From assembly GCF_004010195.1 (NCBI RefSeq), contig NC_057751.1, positions 8,298,404-8,362,403 on the forward strand: 64,000 nt of DNA, read 5' to 3'. This document shows positions 11,296 to 23,357 of this stretch, one piece after another (positions within the stretch are counted from its first letter, which is position 1; the number at the start of each line of letters is the position of its first letter). The DNA is from Chiloscyllium plagiosum. Taxonomy: Eukaryota. The position numbers and the translations under genes are program-made. The notes under the pieces are model-generated. The model was not told the DNA's origin. It saw nothing but the letters and a program-made list of their open reading frames with translations, and ran no database searches.

Positions 11296-11480
11296 CATGA
11301 TTTGGAGATGCCGGTGATGGACTGGGGTGTACAAAGTTAAAAATCACATAACACCAGGTTATAATCCAACAGGTTTAATTGGAAGCACTAGCTTTCAGAG
11401 TTCTGCTCCTTCATCAGGTGGTTATGGACAAACATCTGATGAAGGAGCAGCGCTCCAAAAGCTAGTTGTGTGATTTTTAA
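11296..11480. mobile_element. Family C PLE/hammerhead inverted dimer
   Basis: CTGATGAAGGAGCAG..CTC.(G)AAAGCTAG on both strands; 14-bp TSD CTGTGT(A/C)ATTTACT at 11282-11295 and 11481-11494. Confidence 0.8.
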
Positions 11481-11720
11481 CTGTGTCATTTACTGGCTGC
11501 AGAACTGCAACATGGCTTAGCAATGCTCCTAACCTTGCTAGTTCCCATGGGAAATAAAGCAAAGATTTCCTCAAATACCCACCTTTGAGCCACTAATCCT
11601 ATTTTCTTGCTTCTTCCAGGAGTCAGTACTTCCAGCAATTGAAGAAACATGCTCTTAAGTTGTGAACTAATAGCTTAAGTTAGCCCAGGCGCCAATGTCC
11701 TGAGAACATCATGTTTAGTA

Positions 11721-11976
11721 TTAGATTAGATTAGATTAGATTACAGTGTGGAAACAGGCCCTTCGGCCCAACAAGTCCACACCGACCCGCCGAAGCGAAA
11801 CCCACCCATACCCCTACATTTACCCCTTACCTAACACTATGGGCAATTTAGTATGGCCAATTCACCTGACCCTGCACATCTTTGGACTGTGGGAGGAAAC
11901 CGGAGCACCCGGAGGAAACCCACGCAGACACGGGGAGAACGTGCAAACTCCACACAGTCAGTCGCCTGAGGCGGGT
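11721..11976 (-). mobile_element. HE1/V-SINE, 5' truncated
   Basis: V-domain and (TTAGA)n tail. Confidence 0.9.
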
Positions 11977-12871
11977 ATGTGATATTACAAACAGCCCATT
12001 TCTTTGGTCTACATCCCTGGTGAGCGCAGATGCAGGTTGAACTTGCCCTACCAAAGTGATCATTGATTACATTACTTTTTAAATCAATCTTTCAAACTAA
12101 GAACAATACAGCACAGGAACATACCCTTTGGCCCTCCAAGACTGCGCCAACACATTTTGCCCTTCCACATTAAAACTGCCTTCACTTTCAGGATCCAAAT
12201 CCCTCTATTCCCGTCCTTTTATATACTCGTCCAGGTGCTTCTTGAATGCTGCTCATGCTTTCTGAAATAATTTCCCAGAGGTTGGTATCCCGTCACCCTA
12301 TATTTAAACATGCACAGTACATTGCACTGACCCTGCTAGCTCAGAGCTAGCTCTAAGTGTGAGCAGAAATCCTGACACTCCTGTTTCTATCCTTAACCAG
12401 GGATCCTGGATTGGACCAGATTCATGGCCCCAGTTGGGGATCTCATAGTCAATTGGATCCACCTGGCCAACCTCGTTGCAATCACGACACTTTCAGGTGT
12501 GTTATGACACACTTGTATAGCAAGTGGGACTTGAACCTGGGCCCTTCTGGCTCAGAGCTAGGGGCACTACACTGTGCTCCCAAAGCCCATCATTGGCAAT
12601 ATTATGTTAATTAGATTAGGGAAGATGAGATTAGATTTGATTAACCCAAGGGAAAGTTTGTACAATTCCTAACACAAAACGCTGAGTTTACAAGTATTTT
12701 TGGTGATCACACGTGGAACACAGCATACAGTTTTGGGTGTCCTGCCTTGAAACGACATAAGTCTATACTCATATGGTGCCTTTGACCATAAGCATCACAA
12801 GGGTGCTTCCCAAGGGCAGTGCAGAACAAAATCTGATGCCGGGTCACACAGGAGACTTTCAGTCACATTGG

Positions 12872-12985
12872 AGAAAGTGAGGTCTGCAGATGCTGGAGAT
12901 CAGAGTTGAGAGTGTGGCACTGGAAAAGCACAGCCAGTCAGGCAGCATCTGAGGAGCAGGAGAATTGACGTTTCAGGCAAAAGCC
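12872..12985 (-). mobile_element. Family A PLE/hammerhead element
   Basis: AGAAAGTGAGGTCTGCAGATGCTGGAG...GACGTTTCAGGC; flanks GTCACATTGG/GTCAGATTGG. Confidence 0.8.
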
Positions 12986-13502
12986 TGTCAGATTGGTCCA
13001 AGGAGTAGATTTTTAGCAGTGTGCTGAAGGAGGAAAGAGAGACAGAGAAGCACACTGGGGGTTTTCATGAGCTTGGAATTGAGGCAATGGAAGGCACTGA
13101 AAGGAACAATTATAACTGGGCTGCTCAAGGGGTTTGAGTTCAAAGACAGCAGGTGGAAAAGGTTTCTCGAAGACTACGATAGGTCGGTTTTGGATTTGGG
13201 TTTCCAAACAATATATATTTTCCTCAAGTGATCCATGTGAGTTAGAAATATCAATGTGGCAAATACTTCTTCAGTGACGTAAACGAAATAGGCACAGAAG
13301 TTGCACAGAAAGACTTGAAAAGTTGAACTTTGCTCCATTAGTGAGAAGAAAATTCAAGTGAGGGAGGGTGTCCTCCTTGTCATCAATGCTGACAGCACAG
13401 ATGCAAGAAGGACAATTAAAACATTGGGTGGCGAGAAATCAGATGTGTGTTAAGCTGAACACAGGACAAGGGATATAAAAAATGTTGCGCAATGTCTCAT
13501 GG

Positions 13503-14100
13503 TGTGATGATATGTGCCTTTAAGAAGGATTTGTCTGTCCCAGTTCTCTTGAACATGTGCGTTGTTATCCTGGTGTTAATGTGCCTGTCAATAGATTTGG
13601 GGATTTCAAAAATCAGACAAAAGAAGCCAAAAGGAGTCAGGCTCACACAGACGCAAGGTTCTAGTTTTGCTTTCAGTTGCTGAAGCTGGAGTTTTGAAGT
13701 TGAAGCTGCTAGATATAGTTCTCTTTCTGCTGCTGGATTCATTCTGTCAGTGTTCCTTCTCCTAGTCTGGAGGAGATCACCAGTGACAGAAATCCATTTT
13801 GCTGAATTTGCCTTTGCCAAAGGTGTGTTTATGGGATGCTGCCACATTAGAATAGTTGATCAGTACTCGTTAAATAATACACTATTTTATTAAACCTTGT
13901 AACAGAGTTAACGTTATGCCAATTCTTTTTTATTTGATTATTTTAGTTGTGGTGTAAGAATGAAGTGCGCTTTGGTGGTGAAAGCCAAGTAGTTTAACCA
14001 GTCAAGTCAGCGCCTTACACTTGCCTCTAAATAAGATAGAAGTTAGAGTCTAGACTATCTCCTTGATATGTTTTGAGGGGGTTTGATCTGGTCCATAACA
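13503..14100 (+). mobile_element. Solo LTR (TG...CA)
   Basis: Begins TGTGATG and ends GGTCCATAACA; homologous to 62558-63186 (+) and 33889-34493 (-). Confidence 0.7.
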
Positions 14101-15269
14101 ACAGTGTGCCAGTATACCTCGCAGAAACATGCTTACATCCACATCATATCATGTCACCGAAGGACATAAAGATATCATCCTATGTTTTCCCCCAGGGTCA
14201 CTTGAAACATGACACTCTACTGAAAACATGCTCCTCTATTGTAAACTCAGAGCATAAATTAGCTCAAACACTCACACCCTCTGATTGTTATGTTTGTACA
14301 TAATTTGAAGTTTCAGTCAACCTCTGTTGGCTTCTTCAACACTTCGACAATGGAATCATGTCCACATCATGCATACACCCTGCAGGAAGCAAAGCCCACA
14401 TCAAACATATAAGGTGACCATGGAGTAAAGTCACCATCATCCCAGAGGATTGTGGGGCTGCCTTAGGACTGGTAGTGATTTAACCTAAGGGACACTGTGC
14501 ATTCTAAGCCCACCTTCAGCACCTGGTCCATATCTTTGCAGGTCTCAGAAATTCAGGAGCAGATCCAGGTTCCACCTCAATCATCAAAGTGGGCAGCAAA
14601 CTCAAGACAAACTACCGACTGGGTGAAATGGTTTTTTCCCCTTCCATACCGCCACCAGTCATCATAAATTTGTGTCCCCTAGTAACCGACCTCTCTGAAA
14701 TGGAAACAGGTCTTCGTTGTCCACCCTATCCAAACCCCTCTTGTACACCACAAGTAAGTCATCTCTCCCAACCTCCTCTGCTCATGGCACACCTTATTTA
14801 TTAACGCCTATGAACTGGCTGGTCATTTCTTTCTTCCTGCTCTAAACAACTTGACTCTTCTGATAGATGGCTTCAGCCACTTGGCACGTGTTGTGAATCC
14901 AGGCTTGCATTTCTGACCACTTAACCGGTTGTAATAAATGATCATCCACCTCTTTCTTTTAATTAATCTGACTTCCAGTTACTGCTGTCTCACACACAAA
15001 GGCAACTGAGAATGTTCACTCGAAGAAATTGTTTAATGATTCTGCCAGGGGAAAATACATCAAAGCTAATGATTTAACAGGAGTTTCCTGCTAATTTACA
15101 GCAAAGCCCTGACCTTTCCGTGTTCAACACGTGGTCACATGCATATACATTTGCTTCTCACAGATTAACATACTGGGTTAATGCAGAAGGGCAATTTTAA
15201 GCAACAAAATGGAATGACTTGTTTGGCAGTATGTTTGGGAGGAACAGCTAAGTTCAGGCGACGTAGGCA

Positions 15270-16125
15270 CACAGAAAGTAAGAGCAGAGGGCGGCCATTT
15301 GCCCCTTCAAGCCTACCCTGCCACTTGACACAAAAGGTAGACAAGAGGTGAAAAGGGATTGACAAAGTAGATGCAGGGTGGATGTTTCCCTAAAAGTGGG
15401 AGGTCACAGATTTGGGCTAAGGGGTGGCAGGTGTGAAATACAGATGAACTCAGAACCCTGAAGAAGACTCGCTGGACTCAAAACGTTCACTGTTGCCTTT
15501 CTTTCCGTAGACGCTTCCAGACCTGCTGAGTTTCACCAGCAATTCCTCTTGATGTTTGTTTTAGATTTACAGCACCTGCAACTCCTGGTTTCTTTATATC
15601 AGAGATGAGGAAGAATTATTTGCCTCAGAGGGAAATTCCCTGCACCAGCCCGCAGATGGACTCCGGGCCATTGAGTGAATTTAAGGGGATGGAGAGGGTT
15701 TGAGTCAGGAAAGGGTTGAAGGGTTATGGGGAGCTGGCAGTGAAGTGGAGTTAATGCTGAAATAAGGGTCACAGTTTTATCGAATGGCAGCGCGGGCTCA
15801 AGGGCTGAATTGCTAACTCCTGCTCCTCCAACCCATACCCTGCCTGTTCCCATTTTCTCCCAAAATTCATTGATCCCTTCAGCCTTCAGAACATTTTCCA
15901 ACATTCCTCTTGGAAACATGCTTCGGGTCTTGACCACTCTCTGTGGCAGAGAATTCCACAGGTTCACCACTCTCTGGTAAGGAAGTTTCTCCTCACGTCA
16001 GTCCCGAACGACCTACCCCACATCCTTAGAAGACGACCTCACGATAGGGACTCCCCGTTCATCGAGAACATCCTTCCAGTGTTGACCCTGCCTGGTCCTG
16101 TTGGAATTTTGTAGGTTTCTCTTTC
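15270..16125. mobile_element. Patchwork of CR1 3' fragments with a family B PLE element (about 15455-15590)
   Basis: VNLWNSLPQRVV on minus strand; CTGAAGAAGAC..GGACTCAAAACGTT..AGACCTGCTGAG insert. Confidence 0.6.
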
Positions 16126-16214
16126 ATTTCCCAAAGTTCCATTCAGTTCCCAAAGTTCTTCACCATTGCTTTTATTGTGACAAATGAGCTGAGGAAGATT
16201 GATGTTATTTTCAT

Positions 16215-16830
16215 TCTTTCAGGAGTACTGGGCTCTGCTAGGCAAGGCCAAAATGTGTTGCCCATCCGAAATTATCCTTGTACTGAGTGGATTCAATGGG
16301 CATTACCCTTAATAGTTTCAAATCAACCAAATGACTTTGGGACTGGAGTCACATGTCAGCCAAACTCAGATGGAATGGTCAACTTCCTTCCCCTCAAGGG
16401 CATGGGTGAACAAGATGGATTGTTCCAACATTGGAAATAATTTCGCCATCATGGTGACTGAGACTACCTTCGTGTTCCAGATTTTGGAGCTGCATTGAAA
16501 TTCCACTCTCAGCTCCTCTGGTGGGATTTGAACCCATGTAGGAAAAAGTGAGGACTGCAGATGTTGAAATGTCAGAGTCAAAAGGTGCAGCGCTGGAAAA
16601 GCACAGCATGTCTGGCAGCATCCGAGGAGCAGGAAAGTTGACGTTTCGGGCATAAGCTGTTCATCAGGGATGCGGGAAGGGCTTATGCCTGAAACATCTA
16701 CTCTCCTGCTCCTCGGATGCTGCCTGACCTGCTGTGCTTTTCCAATGCCACACTTTTTGACTTTGAACCCATGTACTCAATCTGCGCACCTGGAATCCAG
16801 TAACATGTCTATTAATGACACCACCTCATC
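16215..16830 (-). mobile_element. Third-family SINE split by a PLE dimer
   Basis: GGAGTCACATGT..GGGATTTGAACCCATGTA | insert | ..CTGGAATCCAGTAAC. Confidence 0.55.
16541..16761. mobile_element. Family A inverted dimer
   Basis: 14-bp TSD TTTGAACCCATGTA at 16527-16540 and 16762-16775. Confidence 0.85.
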
Positions 16831-18267
16831 TCATGACTTCCATTATCTCAGGACTCCCTTATTCTTGCGTGGTATGATGGCCACAATGTCAGAAGGTGAA
16901 CGAATAGATCACGATTGCTGTTTCTCTATGTTCCTCAGCAGGGCTTCACCAGTTAGGAAGTGGGACTGGGTACACTGGCTGAATGTTCTCTCTTCTGGCT
17001 TCAAGAATCCTGGAGGTCAGGACTGGCACCAAGAGCTCAGCAGACACATTTAAAGTGAATCCATGACCACCTTCATTTTAAACAGCTCAACAACTGAGCA
17101 ACAATCTGCAAAATTTGAAAACAGAGCTACATCAAGAGGCATTAGGACAAAAGCTTGCTCAAGGCAGTATGTTTTGAGGAATGCCTGAATGGTGGAGAGA
17201 GATGGAGAGAGAGAGCGAGAGAGGAAAAGTTTTGGGGGAAGAAGTTTTGGCGATTTGGGATATGGGGACATGTAAAATCGGGCATTGTTAGTCACAGACC
17301 AACCTCGGTCAACAAACACAGGGGTAGCAGGCTTTGGTGTTCATAAGGACTGGGTGACAGAGTGTTCCAAGATCTTAATTTTATGGAGGGAAGCTGGCCA
17401 GGTACGCATTGGAGGGTCAGTCATTGGACAAGTTCCAGATGTTATCAATTAAGAATAAAATTATGCTATCAGGTATCCTATAGCACAGGGCTCATATCTC
17501 GGCCTCTCTGCGAGACAAGTCTGGATTCTAGTCCCACACATCCTGGACTGGGTAAAACATTTCTGAACCAGTTCATGAAACTAATCCATCCAGGGAGAAG
17601 GCTGACATTGTGCCAGTCATAAGATACTGTTCCAGCTCCCTTTGCGCTTCATCCCTTTGATCAGTTGTCATTTGGACTTTCACCCGAGTTCCATTTTTCA
17701 GAGAAAATAGTCATCTCTCACTGACTCTCAGAAACCATTGCTTCTAGTTTCTTGATGGGGTGGGAGGGAAACTGAACATGTTTAATCCTTCCAGAAAAGA
17801 AAAGCTTAAGAAACAGCAAGAAGAATGAGAAGCGGGTGACGGAGTTCAAAGACTTTTATCAGACAAGGATTGTTGGCTGACAAATTGCCTTCATTTCAGC
17901 AGAGAGCATGGATATGGAGCACATAATTTTGATGAATGGGATTCAAACAGCAAGAAATACAGGAGCAACAGAGCATCATAACCAAACAATTGCAATGATC
18001 TGCAAGGTTTTTTTTTGCAATGATTCCAACAGCATACATACTGAGCAGGCTAAAGCCAGCTTTTGCATTTGGCCATCCCAGCCGAAAACAGTTGATTATT
18101 TTTCCAGTGTAGGGGAGCCCATCTTTTCCCCTCACACGAGGAGGGGCACACAGAATGGTCAATCCATTCAGCCATTTCTAAATGGATGATGAAATCATGG
18201 AAGGTTTCTTGACCAAGAGTAAATGCAAAATAAACCAAAGCATGGTCATTGCATGGGTTAATTTAGG

Positions 18268-18750
18268 AGTCATAGAGCTGCATAGTGCAGAGATCGACCC
18301 TTCAACCCAACTCGTCCATGCCAATCAGATTTCCTAAATTAATCTAGTCCCATTTGACAACATTTGGCCCATATCCCTCTCAACCCTTCCTCTTCATATA
18401 TCCATCAAGACGCCTTTTACACACTGTAGTTGTATCAGCCTCCACCATTTCCTCTGGCAACTCATTCCATACACCCTCTGTGCGAAGACATTGCCCTTCA
18501 GTTTCCTTTGAAATCTCTTCCCTCTCACCATGCTCTCTCGTTTTGTACTCCCTGACCCTGGGAAAAGACGTTTGGCTATTCACCCTATCCATTCCCCGCA
18601 TGATTTTATGAACATCTCCCAGATCACCCCCTCAGCCTCCAACACTTCAGGGAAAATATCACCAGCCTATTCAGTCTCTCCCAACAGCTCAAACCCTCCA
18701 GCTCTGGTAACATCTTTGTAAATCTTTCCCAAACCCTTTCGAGTTTCATA
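18268..18750 (-). mobile_element. CR1/HER1-type LINE 3' end
   Basis: MRGMDRVNSQTSFPRV...VWNELPEEMVEA..KRRLDGYM. Confidence 0.85.
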
Positions 18751-20937
18751 CTACATGGTGCTAATGCTGTATTGGAGTGTGCACCAACTCCAGTGGTTTT
18801 GTGAGGTTGGACAGAATTTTCTCCACGTGCCCATTGACAGAATGGAGTCTACATCAACAGTGTTTGAGGTCAAAGACCAGGCTGGTCTTGTCTGAGTCCA
18901 TTTGACCCTCTACTTTAAATGCAATGCCAATGAACACTAGACCGCACCAGAAATTTGCAAAATCATTCACTTCATCCCCACACCACCTCCGATACAATGG
19001 TATCAGAATTTTTTAGCAATTGAATTGTTATTGTCATGTGCAACCCACGTGAGATCGCTACAACCAAAAGAATAATTAAGTGCTCTGGAGAACTGCACTT
19101 CACCTATTGAAATCCAGCCGCTGGGATGAAAGGCTCCTTTCCTTTTTGAGGGTAAGGCTCCCATGAAGAGCTGAGCCCAGTCAGCGTGAACAAAGTTGCA
19201 AGTGGGCACGGCTATAAAGCACTAAGTTGGCAGAAAATCGGGTCGATTAGTGCAGTAAATCAGGTTGTTTTCAGAGCACCAGGCACAACATTCGAGCAGA
19301 TTCAAGGAGCTATTTGCTTCATTTAATTGTGCTGCAGCTGAATGGAAATTATGCCATTTGCATCCTCAAAGAAAATGGATATGTAATAATAACAAGGTGT
19401 ATGCTTTCAATTCACACAATCCCGAGTCTATTCAGACTGTAGCGGAGCACTGTGAATTGTGATGGCTGTCATGCTGGAAATGTGTCCTGTTACATCTGAT
19501 AATGACCTCTGCAATATCTATCTTTTTGAGGCATTGATACCTCTAGCCTTTCGACGTAACTGTTGTAAACCTAGGCCAAGACACTCAGGAGCTGCCACTG
19601 TTTCTCTGCCTTGGGGTGAGAGGAACACAAAACCACATCCAGGAAACACACATACAGGGTATAAAAACAGTCATCTGTCAAGACAGAATAGTTTTGGAGT
19701 GTTTAAGTCAATGTCCATGTCACAAAGAACTAAGCTGGGTGAGAGAAATAATAAATATTGATCACTGCGCTATCAACTACCTGCTGTCAGGTTGTAGCTG
19801 ACAAGACATTATCTATAATGGCCATTCCAACAGTGGTGCAAGATTTGTTCCTGCTGTGAGTGAAAGGCAGGATAATTGAAGCAGAAAACCTGACTTTATG
19901 CCTGTGAACTCAATTCTGATTGACAGTTTTGATTAATTGCGAAGGAACCTTTTTCTTTAAACCTACTTCCTGTCCTCATCTCAATCAAAGGCAGAGAGAA
20001 TAAGATAAAACTAGGATTATTGCCTACGTTCCTTCATTCCTCTTAATCTAATACTTCATGGGCTTGAAGCAAATTCAATGCTGAGTGGATTGACTTTGCC
20101 AAACAAAACCTTTCTTTTATGGATAAAGATTACTGATACATCATTGTGCTGTGACCAAGGTATTATGAGTGAACTTGACTGTAATCGAGATAAGTTTTAG
20201 CTTTTAGTTCTGTATTGCATTGCATCCCAGGCTCACATCGATTTTAATTGAAGAAATCAACTGATCCATCTTTTTAAAATGGGTTTGCAATGCACTCTAC
20301 TCATGATCAATTGCTTATTGATAGCCCTCCTTTTGAACACTGGGTGCAATGCAATTTATTTTCATTGTTCCCGTCCCATGAACAATGGGCATTCATCTGG
20401 TGTTGAGGGGAAGCATCTTTGCATGTGGTGCGTTTCAAACATTGTGCTTGCTACATCAGGAGTTGGTTGAGATGAATAGCACAGACAGGCTTGAGGGGAA
20501 GCTGGATAAATGCACAAGGGGGAAGGAAGTCCCAATGGGATTAGATGAGCAACAGTTGAAGGACACTCACCTCAGGTGCAATGCCAGTGTCAGTACGTTG
20601 TCCCACCAGTTGCATTTCTGCTGAGTGATATTAAGTAGGTCAGCATGTTTTTTGGGGGGTGAAGTTTGTTTCACTGCCTAGACTAGAATGCACTTGCCAT
20701 CTTTAATTGAGAAGAGCTCAGTTAAAAATCAGCCATGATATAATGGATCTGGAATCACCTGTCGTCCCGATCAAGTAAGGACAGCAGATTTCCTTTCCAA
20801 AGGGATGCGAGTGGACTTGATGAAGACTTTAGAATAGTAGTGATAGTTTCATGGTCACTTTGGAGAAGAAGAGCTTTCAACCCCAGCAGCTGCTGTGATG
20901 GAATTTGAACTCATGTCTCAATTGCATGCTGCTTTAT

Positions 20938-21250
20938 GGGGGAAGTGATGGCCCAGTGGTATTATCACTAGACTATTAATCCAGGGACGGAGATCTGGGT
21001 TTGAATCCCATTGCAGTAGATTGTAGAATTTAAATTCAATGGAAAAAGAATTAAGAGACTAATCATGACTATGAATCCATTGTAAATTGTTGGAAAAATC
21101 CATCTGGTTCACTGGAGTCCTTCAGAGAAGGAAACTGCCATCTTTTCTTGATCTAGCTTACAGACCCACAGCAATGTGGTTGACTCTTAAATAGCCCTGT
21201 GGGCAATAAATGCTGGCCTGGCCAGAAATGCCCTCACCCTGCAAATGATT
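20938..21250 (+). mobile_element. tRNA-derived SINE (third family), full length
   Basis: Box A TGGCCCAGTGG, box B GGTTTGAATCC, central CCATCTGGTTCACT..GAAGGAAACTGCC..AGACCCACAGCAATGTGGTTGACTCTTAA, tail GGGCAATAAATGCTGGCC. Confidence 0.75.
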
Positions 21251-22209
21251 TTTTAAAGAAGTACTTGCTCCAATCTCTGCACTGCAAGCCCAGTGACACT
21301 GCTGTTATGCCACCCTCTCCCAAGACACCCAGCGTCATTTCTTTTCCCATGTTAGTGATAGTAAGATAAAAGTGCATCCACTGATGTGCTTCTTATGGTT
21401 CTTAATTGTTCATAAAATTCATCTTAAATGTATGCTTATCATCTATGAGTTGTTTTCTATCAGATGGAGAAATAAAGATTTGCATTTATAGTATGTTTTT
21501 CACAACCACCATATGCCTCAAAGTAGGAAAGCCAAGAAATACTAATAAATTCGCTGTTGTAAACTAGGAAATACACCAGGCAAATTGTGCTCCCAAAATG
21601 TGATGATGTTCATTGTTATCTTCCCAGCAGATAGCAATCCCGACCAAGTCAGATCTGAGAGAGAAACCTGACTTGATTGACCATGTTTTATTTCTTCTGT
21701 TTACCATGAAGGTCAGTCACATTCACAAGATGGTGCCAATATACGTTTCACAAAAGAACACAAAGATTTTCGCACATAAAAAGGGAAAAAAAACAGTAAT
21801 TATACCTGGTCTACATTTGAAACTGTCTTCACACAAATCGTGTTTCAATGCTTCCACCCCCAACAACAACCTCACAGATACTCAAGCCCACGTGAAGGGA
21901 CATGTCATCTCCACTTTAAAGTTGCTTGTTTTGTTGGCATTGATGCAAGTGGTGTTTGAAGCTCTCTCCTTCCTGACTTCTAAGAATTTCAGAGCAAACA
22001 TGTGGATTTTCCATGAACTCAGCTTCCAGCAGTTTTTGATCAATCTTCTCACAAGAGAAGCACTTCAACCACCAGTGTCTCATATCCACAGGCACAGATC
22101 CATGAGCCTTTTGGAGGTTGTTCCCTGAAACGTTCCCCCAGATTGATTGCTTTGGAGACCCTGCCTAATTGAACCTGCACACTTGGTGTGAATTTCTGAC
22201 GGCTCTGTC

Positions 22210-22500
22210 TTTAGCAAGCTTTGAGAAGATTTGTAGCTCAGGTTGAGGTTCTGGATGTAGGTTGGCTTGCTGAGCTGGAAGGTTCCATTTTCAGACATTC
22301 TGTCACCATACTAGGTAACATCTTCAGTGAGCCTCTGAATGAAGCACTGACGGTGTGGCCCACTTTCTATTTATATGTTTGAGTTTCCTTGGGTTGGGTC
22401 ATTTTGTGGCTAGTTGATGTTCGTGCATCCTGGTGGCGAGTATTTTTGCTTGTTTGTCCAATGCTGTATTTGTTACAGTTCTGTCTTTCTACAAATTCCA
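22210..22500 (-). mobile_element. Penelope-like element 3' end (family D)
   Basis: Reverse complement matches 2890-3083, including CTGAAGATGTTACCTAGTATGGTGAC. Confidence 0.8.
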
Positions 22501-23042
22501 GGAAATTGGGAAGAGAACACCAAATTAGACCAAAGGAAGATGTAGAAAGAGATGCTGCAGTTTTAAATCAAGTTACCGAAGCTCATTTTATGTTGTATTT
22601 ACGCTGTTTCCTTGTTCAAACAGTGGAAGAGGATTGGCTGCACCCATGAATAGATGTGTGTTCAGGGTAGCTTTGCTCAAAGACAGCCTATTGTTGTTTT
22701 TGTCCAATAGGACCACACATACAGTTGAGAAGTTGTCAGCATCAAAGAAACTCTCTAATTCCTGAAAGACTGATGTCCTGTCCACAGTGCTGCTTTCTGA
22801 CTGAGATGTTGTGTGCCTGGTTATGGACATTTAAAACATCCCACATTAATATTTAGAAGAGCAGAACTTAACTTGTCATTATCCTGTTGCTGTGTGTGTG
22901 GGAGCTGCCTATGTGCAAATTGGTGTGTTTCCCACTTTGCGATGTACACTGGGATATACCAGGGAAGGTCCTGTATATTTTGGATAAAAATGGAAAATAG
23001 GAACACGAGGCGGCCATTCAGCCCTGCTCTGCCATTCAATAA

Positions 23043-23357
23043 TTAGAATTCCTACAATGTAGAAACAGGCCCTCAGCCCAACAAGTCAACACTGACCCTC
23101 TGAAGAGTATCCCATCCAGACACACTACCCAACATTTCCCCTGGCTAATGTGCCCAATCTACACACCCCTGAACTCTATGGGCAATTTAGCTCAGCCAAT
23201 TCACCTAACCTGCACATCTTTGGACTGCGGGAGGAAACTCAGACAAACATGGGGCGAATGTGCAGACTCCACACAGACATCACCTGAGGCTGGAATCAAA
23301 CCCAGGTTCCTAGTGCTGTGAGGTAGCAGGGCTAACCACTGAGACACTGTGCCACCC
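23043..23357 (-). mobile_element. HE1/V-SINE
   Basis: Head, V-domain and tail recognisable. Confidence 0.85.

Noticed and set aside
21613..22128. 171-aa ORF with a possible 84-nt internal exon (CAG..AAG|GTCAGT)
   Set aside because: TTG start and no recognisable homology; cannot be supported without expression data
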